A stretch of DNA of 64,000 nucleotides, taken from assembly GCA_002104905.1 (NCBI GenBank), contig MCFE01000032.1, forward strand, positions 154,244-218,243, read 5' to 3'. Shown here in pieces: positions 52,014 to 63,366 of the stretch. The notes beneath the pieces are model-generated. The model saw nothing but the letters and a program-made list of their open reading frames with translations. It was not told the origin of the DNA and did no database searches. The first letter of the stretch is position 1. Each line of letters opens with the position of its first letter. A program made the translations under genes and the position numbers. This DNA is from Basidiobolus meristosporus CBS 931.73. Its lineage: Eukaryota; Fungi; Basidiobolomycota.

Positions 52014-55000
52014 CGTTATGATCTACAGCTTCAATGTTTAAGTTAAATTAGTTTTTAATCAGATCAATTAGTTATATGTTCAGCCTATTAGTATATCAGT
52101 ATTATCTATCAAACAGTGGCATAAGTAAGCGGATGAATCAGCAGATCCTCAGCAGACACAAATAGATATACTAAGTAAGATCTTATTGAGTGATGATGAT
52201 GCAGTCAAATGAGTCATCAGCCACAACTTACATTGGGAAATACAATTACTCAGCAATTGAACTGGCAAAGTGTATCTAAGGAGCTGCTGGAACCTCAATA
52301 AAAATCAGTTCAAGTTTTAGTGAATACTGTTCTAGCTAAGCTCCCTATTCCTCTACAACTCTGATATCAAAACTTGCAACATTGGTAGCAGCTATAACTA
52401 GAAACCTCCCTCCCGATGAAAGAAGAAGCCTTCCTCAAGATGTTCAAAAATCAAGAATGGAAGAATGCTGTGCAGCAAATCCTGGCCCAACAGCAACAGT
52501 TATTCCAGATCCTTAGCCAGCAGCAACAAGGAATGGCTACAATGGCCCAAAGCCAGCAAAACCCTGTCAAGAGCAACTTAAGTGTGAAGGTCAACCGGTA
52601 CCATGGTAGGATCAATGAAAACCTGGGAACTTAGCACTTCCAGATTGAAGAAACTTTCATGGCTAAGGGAATTGCTCCAGATAGCTAGTTACATTATGCA
52701 GCCACTTACCTGGCAGATGCAGCTTTACAGTGGTACCACAACAAGATCTGGTAAGCCACCATGGTGGGATGCTCAACAATCTCTACCTGGGATGAGTTTG
52801 TGTCAGAAATTCCAGATGCTTTTGAACCTCCATACCAGCAGACACTATTAAGCTTAAAGTTGAAGAAACTCAGACTGAAAGGAATGGCTCAATAGTACAT
52901 CGATGAATATAGATGTCTACTTGGACAAATTGAAAGAATGGACCCCCTGGATCAACTGGAATACTTTAATGATGGGTTGAAAGAAAGAACTGGCAAGGAA
53001 GTGAGTTATCAGAGACCCCTGGCTATTGAAGAAGCCATCAGGATTGCCATGACCATACCTCAGCTAGGTTTGGAGTTGGGAGGTTCACAGTAACTAATCA
53101 GCAAGGTTACAAACACTATGAAAGAAGACAATCATATGCAGTGCCAATGGAAGTAGATGCTTTGCAGAAGATTCCTACCGCAGAAGCTTGTAAGAAGAAA
53201 GGACTCTGCTTCAATTGCCACCAGTAAGGACTTATTGCAAAGTAGTGCCCTCAGAGAAGAAATGGACACCAGCCATGAAGAACCTTCATACATATTGAAG
53301 CCCTTAAGCTCAGTAACATGGAGGATGAACTTGAAGAAGACTCAGACCTCACCTTCCATATGACAGATCATTACCTATTCCAGAGGGCTATTTTGTTGCA
53401 ATCCATCAATCAACTGGAGAACCCATGCTACTCAGATCTAGGAGGACAACAAGACCTATAGCTATTATTGGCCAGACTGGATTTCAACTAGGTCAATTCC
53501 AATGTGTGTGAAACAAGTGAACTTAGCAAGACACAGTTCTATTGAGCACTTAGAAAAGGCACCCAGATTATTCCCATGGCAGTATTATAGGAGGATTCCT
53601 CTACTCCAGTACCCCAGAAGGTTCAGACTCTTTTGAAGGATTATTCCAACATATTTCCAGATGGACCTGCCAGCCTACCACCAGTCCAAGACGTGGATCA
53701 TGCCATTGGCTCAGGAGTTAGCCCTCCAGTGAGTAAGACACCTTATGGAATGAGTCAAGTGGAATAGGAAGAGATGAAGAGACAAATAGATCATTTATTG
53801 GAGCAAGGATATATCAGACCCAGCCAGTCACCCTGGGGAGCACCTGTACTTTTTGTGAAGAAGAAGGATGGAACACTCAGGATGTGCACTGACTACAGAG
53901 CCCCCAACTCAGTTACTATGAAGAATAAGTACCCCACACCTTGGATTGATGAGCTTTGGACCAACTCAATGGAACCACTATATTCAGCAAGATTGACCTG
54001 ATGTCAGGATACTACCAGATTAGGGTGAAGCCAGAAGTCAACCTAAGACAGCAATCAGGATCAGATATGGACATTACAAGTACTTAGTCATGAGTGTTGG
54101 CCTCACCAATGCCCCTGCAACAGTCATGACCCTGTTTCAGACTGTCTTCCAGGAGTACTTAGACAAGTTTGTGATAATCTACCTAGATGACATATTGATA
54201 TACAGCAAGACAGTAGAGGATCACATGGTGCACATTGAAAAGGTCTTGAAGAAGCTAAGAGAGAACAAACTATATGGCAAGCTAGCTAAGTGTGAATTCT
54301 TCAAGGAACATGTTGAACATCTGGGACACATACAACTGCCACTATTTTGAAGGAGTCAAATGCACTGTGAAGACTGAACATGCCTCCCTCAAGTATATAT
54401 TTACTCAGAAGGTACTCTCTAGAGAATGACAAGATGGAGTGAATACATTCAGCAATTTGATTTGGAGATTGTCTACTGCCCTGCAAAAGACAACACAGTT
54501 GCTAATGCTTTATCAAGATTAGAACAAGTTGCACAACTTAACTTGGTGCATGAATCAGATTGGCCTAGCCTATTACCAAAGTACTTGGAGGACCAAGCCA
54601 TTCCTAATGAGGTGGATAATGAGATCAAGAAGATAATCCAGGATGAAGCCAGCAAATTTGTGGTACAGGATGAAACACTCTACCAAATTGTTGATGGGAG
54701 CCCTATTGCCTCTTGCCCTTATGTTGCTTGCCTGGATTTAATACATCAGCTACACAATGGATATGGTCATCTTGGAGTTGAAGGAACCTATAGCCTTGTG
54801 AAAGCCAGAGCATGGTGGCCCAGAATGAAAAAAGACATTGAGAAGCTAGTAAAAATATGCCCAAGTTGCCAAATCAACCAAGGCCAACCACAGAGATTTG
54901 CCAAACTCTTTCCCTTGGAGCCAATAAGACCATTTGAAAGATGGGGAACTGACTTTATTGGAAGATTGCTAACTACCAGGAAATGCAACCATTGGATTCT

Positions 55001-56208
55001 AGTAGCAATTCATCATGCTTCTAAATGGCTAGTGGCTAAAGCAGTACCTGTACCCAGTGAACAAGAAGTTGCAAGTTTCATCTACCATGAGATCCTTATG
55101 AAGTTTAGATGCCCTGTAGAGATTCAACTTCATAGAGGAGCAAAGTCTATAGCAAAGACATTGGAAGCTTACCTGGAACTGCAGCACATCAGACACTCAA
55201 AAACCTTGGCATATTATCCTAGTACTAATGAAGTCACTGAGCAGTGTAATGGATTATATGGAAAAATGCTGACCAATTATGCAAATGAAGCTGTCAGTAG
55301 ATGGGATGAGTATATAGACCATGCACTCTCTGCATGCAGAGTAAGAGTGCACAACACCACCCAACAATTGCCATTTTACTCAGTGTATGGATGTGAACCA
55401 AGGATTCCAGGTGATCTCACACAACCAAAGCTTACAAATGTCTTAGAAGTTGAACTCAGTCAGCCAAGTAGACACCAGCAGCTGGAACAAAGACATCAAG
55501 AGGCACAGGCAAAAGTATCTCAAAGTGCAGAAAAGATGAAGCCGGGATTTGATAAGACTATATCACCAGAATCATTGACAGTTAGGAACTTTGTTTTGCT
55601 GAGAAACAATACTTGGAAGAAGTTTGAGCCACAAAGGACAGGTCCTCTTATGAGCATCAGAGAATGTCCATTTGCAACTTACTAACTAGTGGACAAACAA
55701 GGAAATATCTGGGAAGATTTAGTTCATAGAGACAGACTGAAGCTTGCAAGACTTGCCAACAATACTGAACCTTCAAGATGTTAATATCATAAGAAAAGTG
55801 ATTCAGGAGAACCCTCTCAGCTTCAGTAGGGGAGAATGTTATGATCTACCGCTTAAATGCTTAAGTTAGACCAGTTTTTAGTCAAGTCAATTAGTTATAT
55901 GTTTAGCCTATCAGTATATCAGTATTATCTACCAAATCAGTAGCATTAGTCAGCAGATGAGTCAGCAGACACTTATCAGACAGGAATAGATATACATTAA
56001 GTAGGATCTTATTGGGTGATGCTAATGCAATCTAATGAGTCAACAGCCTCAGCCCACATTGGGAAATACAATTAGTCAGCAATAGATCTGGCAAAAATGC
56101 ATATAAGGGGCTGCTGGAACCTCAATAAAAATCATTTCAGGTTTTAGTAAATACAATACTAGCTAAACTCCCTATTCCTCTACAGCTCTTATACCATGGC
56201 TTGTAACA
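52014..56208 (+). mobile_element. Ty3/gypsy element G1, internally deleted, with both LTRs
   Basis: LTRs 52014-52381 and 55837-56208; PBS TGGTAGCAG; PPT AGGGGAGAA; 4-bp TSD TGTG. RT (YLDD, 54090-54350) and integrase ORF 54426-55685; protease and most of RNase H missing. Confidence 0.92.
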
Positions 56209-56747
56209 TGTGAGAGTTCCCAACAGCTATTGAGACTGAAGTGGATTTTGTGGGTTCCAACTTGATTCCAGCTTTCAAAGCAAATTGCTTTGACATGTAC
56301 TCATGCAATGCTCCTTAGTCAATCATGATCTAGGCAGTTATTCCATTGAATACTCCACTGAAGCATAATAGCTTTCCTGAGTTTGTGGTCATCTGGAATA
56401 AGTGTTTTTCTGTCATATGGAAGGTGAGTTCTGAGTTTTCTTCAAGTGCATCCTCCATGTGACTGTGCTCAAGGGCTTCAATATGGCTGAAGGTTTGTGA
56501 TGGCTGGCATCAATTTCTTCTGTGAGGGCAGAACTTTGCAATATGTCCCTGCTTGTGGCAATTGAAGCAAAGTCCTTTCTTCTTACAAACTTCTGAGGTG
56601 GGATTCTTCTGCATAGCATCTATTTCTGTTGGCACTGCTTCTGATTGTCTTCTTTCATAGTGATTGTAGCCTCTCTGATCAGTCATTGTGGGCTTTCCAA
56701 CTCCAAGTATAGCTTATTTATAGTCAACAGCAATATTGATGGCTTCT

Positions 56748-57014
56748 TGTTATGAATAGACACACGGCAGGAGAGTAGAGCTAGGCAAGGCAGGACCAGG
56801 AAAGGACTTAGGTGTGGATCAACAAGGCAAGATATGCTTCCAAGGCAAGGCTGTTTATTCAAGACCTGTATTTATCCAACTGAGGAATACATAAGGGGGG
56901 ATAAGACTATATATACTTCTTGGCAATATGGATGCCAAGAGATATTGGCTAATACTGATGGGGTTCTGGGGTGAGGCATAGTAAGTGTGCCAAGATAGAA
57001 TAAACTGCAACTCA
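56748..57014 (-). mobile_element. Probable solo LTR of another family, replacing part of the host gag
   Basis: 267 bp TG...CA with minus-strand TATA and AATAAA; no TSD because flanking host sequence is deleted. Confidence 0.55.
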
Positions 57015-57499
57015 CTTAGCCTTGAAAGCTTCTTCAATATGGAGGAGCCAGGTTCCCAGGTTTTCATTGCCTTTACCATGGTACCAGTTGACCTTCACAC
57101 CAAAGTTGATCTGGACAGGGTTTGCTGGCTTTGGGCCATTGTAGTCATTCCTTGTTGCTGCTGGCTAAGGATCTGGAGTAACTGTTGCTGTTGGGCCTGG
57201 ATTTGCTGCACAGCATTCTTCCATTCTTGATTTTGGACATCTTGAGGAAGGCTTCTTCTTTCATTGGGAGGGAGGTTTCTAGTTATAGCTGCTACCAATG
57301 TTGCAAGTCTTGATATAAGAGTTGTAGAGGAAAAGGGAGCTTAGAATAAGTAAAATAGGTAAGGTATTATTAATGCACAGTATATTGATACAAGATGACA
57401 TCCACCAAGAGAATTGTGTCTGGAGCATTGTGAAGAATATATAAAGAAATAAAAGCACTGTTCTGAGTAACATTAGTAAGATTGAGTACAATCACCAGT

Positions 57500-58030
57500 A
57501 ACTCTATCCTACCACTGGCATAATGGTAGAAATCAAAGTGCCAGCAAGTGCTGTAGAGTACCAGATTGATTGAGCACTCTAAACAGGCTGGCACTATATG
57601 GCACTATCTAACATAACAAGTCTATTATACATGATACATTTTGGATAGTGTTGCAATGGATCAGATCACATCAATGGCAAATTTTCAATTTGACTATAGA
57701 CTTGTGAGTAGATCACCAATAAAATCTCCAAGTCATTGTTACTGGATGATTTTTGCAACATAATGATGGGATTCATGGCAATTGTTGGAGACTTAATCAT
57801 AATGCATTGAAAATCAAATAAATTATGCTGATAACACCAAATCAATTCATATCACCTCTGCTTAGTCACATACCAGTTTTGGTATAACTTCCTCATCTGA
57901 ATGGTTTTTCTCATCAATCTCATCATTACCACTGGATTTCCTTTTGCCACATTAGAGGAGATATATACCAAGTACTGTGAGCCATCTACCCTAATCCATT
58001 AAAGGAGATCCCTTGTTAAGCTTTTCTGTC
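57500..58030. mobile_element. H/MITE-type terminus (ends 57623) followed by an element H internal fragment
   Basis: GGCACTATCTAACATAACAAGTCT resembles the MITE end; 57624-58030 is homologous to 34190-34477 plus 42018-42080. A similar degenerate end lies at ~45990-46043. Confidence 0.55.
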
Positions 58031-58039
58031 ATTACAAGA

Positions 58040-58995
58040 ATTATTGCGCAAGTTTGAGAATTTTCATGTTCTGGTACTGATCTAAGTGACTAAGTTGGGT
58101 GAATATTTAGGTTGTATCACAAACTTTACAACAATCCATAGAACATTTTCACCAAAATACCAGGTATCCAGAACATGAAAACTCTAAAACGTGTCTAAAC
58201 AGCCCCAGGTCTTGAGCACATGCTCTTGGAACCTTTCTAATCCTATTCTACATGTTTATAATGCCAACATGATGTAAAGGTATAAATACTACACTTATAT
58301 TCAATAAATCATTAAGTGAGCACTACATAATCTATTTGTCCTCCCAATCACTTCCAATATCCTCAATACTCCTAATATATAAGCTACAATAGGACCATTT
58401 CCAAGTGATCATAACTTTGTCATTAGGTGGTCTGATCACCATCAAGTCTATCATATGTCAGGCATTTTAGATGGCAAAACTATGGCACAATCTGGCCATA
58501 ACATTGCTCAGAGGGTCAAGTATTGCAAGCTGCCAACCATATTACAGCCTCACTAAGGGATTCTCACAGTTTATGGTGATTGGATGCACTTGGGAGACCA
58601 GAATATTTCCATAAAGAACAAGACATAGGGGAAACCATTGTTTGAATTGTTGTAAAAGTTGTAATTCCATCTAAATATTCACCTAGCTGGGTAACTTTTA
58701 TCATTACCTTCAAAACCTAGGGAATACTGACCAAATTCCTTGTTGGAATTTACTTAGAATATTTTCACCAAAATACCAGGCACCCAAATCACAAAAATTC
58801 TCAAAGTTGTCCAAACAGCCCCAAACTCTGCACACATGTTCTTGGGACCTTCCTTAACCTATTCTATGGGTCTGTTATGCACAGACCATGTAAAAGTATG
58901 AATACTACTTTTGCATTCAATAAATAATCAAGTGAAAACCACACAATATACTTGTACTCCCAATCACTTCCAATATCTCCAAGACTCTTACAGCA
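58040..58995. mobile_element. Cluster of copia-family LTR pieces, including a complete LTR at 58648-58995
   Basis: Deleted minus-strand LTR piece (~58040-58131), partial plus-strand LTR (~58140-58375) and a full plus-strand LTR without a clean TSD. Confidence 0.8.
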
Positions 58996-58999
58996 ATTG

Positions 59000-61900
59000 A
59001 ATGGTTGAAAAAATATGTCAAAAGGCCGTCACAAAGTTAAAATCCTGTGACTAAGTGGTACTGATCCTGTCAGGACACTGTCCAGAGACCATTGAAAAAT
59101 AATCACACCCCAGATTTCACAAAAAACTTAGTCAAAATTTTTCATCACAACAATACAGAAGTGGCTTTTGATTGGTTCCCTGCCAATTTGCTCACTTTCT
59201 GATACTGGACACACTATCACCTCCTATGTTTGTGTGTGTTGATTGGCTATTGCCTTTTTTTCTCACTCCTTACTTCCTGACTCAATCATTCCTCTTACTT
59301 TTCATGCGTACAAATTGATTTATTTCCGTCAAAACTTCTGTTGTACCTCAATTGCCAATTGTATTGAGTTATGCAAGTCCCTATACCCTGCACTAACATT
59401 AACCCCAACCCCACACTCAACAAGTCACTCCATTAAAATCCACCACTCAATAAGTGTTTTTGCTGTAATACTCTGGTTCAACAACTTTTTCAAGAACCTA
59501 ATGGCTTTATACCACTCTTTATTCACTGGTTCCCACACATCCTGGTCTTCAGCCAGCACTGCAAGGTCTAGCACCTCATCTGCCAGTCTTTGCAATAAAT
59601 CCTTGCAATATTCAGGTGCATTTCCTTGAGCACTGCTCTTGAAGAAGTGCTGCAACCTCTTGGTGTGCCTATTAATGCTCCAAAATTCCACCAAAGGCAT
59701 TGGGATATTCTTTTGAGTTCTTGACGTGGTAGTCTTGTCTGTCAGTGAGATCTCCACCCTGTCAACAATGGAGGATGTAGAGGCTGAGGTAGACAAATTG
59801 CCTTTTTCTGCAAACTCATATACCTTGCTAGAGTGTAGCTCAGCTAGCTGTGCTTCCAACTCTTGTGAAAACAGCTGTTTTCTTGTTGGTAGTTCTTCTG
59901 GGCTATGATAGAATTCAGTCTGTTCTGGGCTTGCGGTGTTAATTGGCAGGAACTGCTGTTTTTCTTTCATGCCTCCATGTCTTTGACTTGGGTAAACATT
60001 TCTCCCTTTGCCTTTTCCTTTATCACTGCCAGGCCTTTTGCTGCTAGTTTGTCTGAGTGCTTTTTCTATTGAGCTACATATTCTACTTGATAAATTCTGC
60101 ACTGACACATCTGTTTTGGCCTGCTTGTCCCTTGCTGGCACTCTTCTGGCAACCAGATGTTTCTTTTCTGCTTGTTTTAAGCTCTCAATTGTAGTTGTGA
60201 CAGGCTCCTGTAAAAGCCACAGGTTTTTATCATTGCCAGGTCCATCACTGCTACTTTGACTGAGTGCTTCTTGAGTGGTACTACGCTTTTTCCTTGATAT
60301 CTATATTGTGCTGGTGCATCTGTGTCTGCCTGCTTGCCCCTAATTGGCACTCTTCCAGCTACCTGACATCTCTTTGACACTTGTCTTGAGCTTTTGGCCC
60401 TGCTTGTAATGGGCTTTTGAGGAAGCCACTGATTTTTAGCCATGGCACCCTTGTTCTTCTGCCTCAGATAGTTTCTGCTATTCTTAAGATACTTTCTTAG
60501 CAAATCAGTGCTGGCCCTGCATCTGTTTGCCCATTTGAATCCAGGATAATGCTCATGGAGCAAGTCAAATGCATTCTGCCTGGCCTTGAATTCCTGATGC
60601 TCCCAAGGTATGCTGGCCTCAAGGTGATGGTGTACTAGACTTCTGACAGCCTCTTGTATATTAGCCAACTCTTCATTTTTGCACTCAATGGCTTCACAGA
60701 TCTTCAATGTCTTTTGATTTTTAGGCTTCAGTCTAGATACCACATTGTATCCTTCCCATGCTGTGATAGGTCTTTCTGTGGGTTTTAACTTTGGGCACCG
60801 TAGTTGTGCTTCAAAGACTATTTGGTGTTCCTCTGCTGTTAAATTGGGAATGGCTCAATTCTTGGCTGTGACATTGAGCTACTTGAGTTCCTTCTTTGCA
60901 GCAAAGATACTGCTTTCTCTACCTGGGATATTGATTGCTCTACATTTATAATCTACTCATCCTGTTTCTGGACTATTTCCTGACTTCTCTGAGTCATTGC
61001 ATCCATCCTATCAGTCACTGCACCTAATTGCTTCATTAATGCTTTGGTAAGAGCTGACAACATACTTGGTAATATAAGTGATGGTGATGTTATGATGGCT
61101 ACTTGCTGGTCTTCAGCTGAAGGTACTCCATTTGCTACACTCCCATCTGCCTGAGCATAACAGTCAGCTTGTGGCTCCACAGGGGTTCTCAATTGCCTAC
61201 TAGACTGAGAGCCTGAGGAGTTTGCATTATTACCTTCAGCAGGCAGACTGTCAACATGGCCTTTTTTGGATGTAGTCCTGCTTGTTGCACTGAATGTCAA
61301 AGCAAGCTGTTGTCCAGCCATTCTTCTGCTGCTGTTGGTGGTAGGGCTTGGTTGGGAACCTGATGACTTTGCTTTATTTTTTAGCAGCATATATATGGAA
61401 GTGAGTCAAACCAATGGGGAAATAGTGTTACATGTATGTGTGTATGTGGTGCCACAACTTTAATCACAATGCTTACTATTGCAGGGCATCATTGAATCTT
61501 ACATTCATGTAGGTGCAATATCTCAAATACAGGACTTTCTTAAATTCACATGAGTATTGACCAAAAAATGATACAATAGCTTTACATTGTTGTAGGTCAA
61601 ACTGTTTGCCCCATGGACAAGACTACTTTGACTCAATGCTGTAAGAGAAGAGAAAAAAGACCATGTGGCTATTGCAGTAAGTCTCCCAGCCATGAAGCAC
61701 ACAGACAGCATAAGAAGTTTTACAAGCATCATGGCCAGTGTTTTGCCATACAAGTCATATTTGACCATTCATTAGTCACTACTGTACCAAATTATCTTGC
61801 TGGCCAGTTGATACTACTATATTAGCACCTGGCTGTCTTTGTCACCTTGTGCTGTAGTGGGGTCACAGTGCCACCCACTGACAGATGTGCTCATTCCCAT

Positions 61901-63366
61901 ATTTTCTACTTCCCTATTTCTCTACTACACTTATTTTAGTCTTATCCCATTTATGTTACCTGATCAGTACTATCCCATAAGCCAGTTGACTATCACACCT
62001 GCTTACCTTATTGCATAAGTAATACCTCACTTTATGTAAGATTACTAGCTGTAAATGCTCCTATATTTGGTAAGTACCCACACCAGTACCTGTGACACAT
62101 GATAAACCCATGTCACCATCCCTACCATTTCCATACCATATATGGTATGCTTATGTTACACAGGTTTCAGAGTACTGATTCCTGATTGGTTGGCTATGCC
62201 GTGCCACTTAGAACCTTCCAGCACCTACTTAGAATACTCTTAGCCCATTCTGATATCGTTAAGATTTCTATTGATCTCCAGAACCTTTGGGAGCACCATG
62301 ATTAGTAATCACTTAGCCAGTGAGAAATGTATATAAGGGAGGCAATTCCTCAACAATAAATCATCATCCTTTTTATCAATATATCAACTTGTTGATTAGT
62401 GTGATAATTGCTACCTGCTGCTACCAGAACTTCCAATCCCAGACCACAAGACACTCCCAGGAAACTGCGCTGACAGCCAACTGATCTTGGAGGCACTACT
62501 TGTGAGGAATATTCAGAGTAGGTATCATTTATTATATTTAATTCTTTTCCAAGTTTGTTCTTGTACAGGCAAAGATAGTTTTCTGTCTTGGTAACTATTG
62601 ATCACAGCTGCATTCTTATCAAGTTCCTGTTGGTGGAGCTTACAGTTGTTTTGACTTTGGATGCATTAGTACATTGTCATCTCAAAGGATGCTGAGCCCA
62701 GCACATACTTCTGTTAAGATGCCAACTAAGTTGGGGATTGTAGCTCAATAGTTTTCCCTTGACAAGTTTGTGGCTTTATTCCCCATCACATCAGAGTAGA
62801 GACAGAACCCAAGTATTCCTAGCAAGCTTTTGCCAGAGGTTATTGCACCCAATGAACACCCCACACACAAAACACTTGCAAAGTGTTAGACATATCTCTC
62901 CCTTGAACTTATACATCACCACAGTACAAACTGAGTCAGGTGAGTTTGTGACTCCTTTAGGCTCACCTCAGCCTTCTGAATATGGCACACAGAGTGATAG
63001 CTCTGACAAAGAAGGTTCACTGATGGAATGTGAGCCTATCTCCCCTAACAACTGTGCCACATATGAGCCTGGTCAGATCCCTATATGCAATGAGACAACA
63101 CCCATTGAAACAAATGCCAAGGATACTTCATGGAGCCAAGTCAGCCAAGTAATCCATCTACTGGTGAATGACGTAATGTTGTGGCTAGAGAAGTGGCATG
63201 TTTCCACTAATATCAGTAATGGGGGCTTTGAGCATTTATTACTACTTCTTCCCAAAATCATTCCAGGATGCAACTTACCATGTACATGGTACAAGTGGAT
63301 AACTGTCATGTGGTTGGCAACATATGAGCCCAAGACTGCCCTGATTCCAGCATGTGTAAATAGCTG
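59000..63366. mobile_element. CACTA/EnSpm-like element X: decayed second ORF (minus, ~59425-61390) divergent from transposase 5' part (plus, 61613-63366)
   Basis: Minus ORFs include PWEHQEFKARQNAFDLLHEHYPGF...LLRKYLKNSRNY. Plus strand has CGYC...H..H (61613-) and, after the R4 LTR, W.....IS..GF..LL.LL..I.PGCNLP..Y....IPACVNSC, typical of CACTA transposase N-termini. Confidence 0.7.
61853..62923 (+). mobile_element. 1.07-kb solo LTR (family R4) inserted in the element X transposase
   Basis: TGTAGTGGGG...CACCACA; 4-bp TSD GTGC/GTAC (one transition). Confidence 0.85.

Larger units (their letters stand above)
50765..57345 (-). mobile_element. Gypsy G1-family host element (5' LTR remnant, gag, PR, RT), split by an inverted G1 copy and a solo LTR
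   Basis: PBS TGGTAGCAG at ~57295; gag 57290-56400; RT with SFGFTNAPATF...VIYLDDILI at 51194-50770. Confidence 0.85.

Noticed and set aside
58648-58995. TSD for this solo LTR
   Set aside because: The flanks TGAAT and ATTGA do not match, so it cannot be called a clean solo-LTR insertion.
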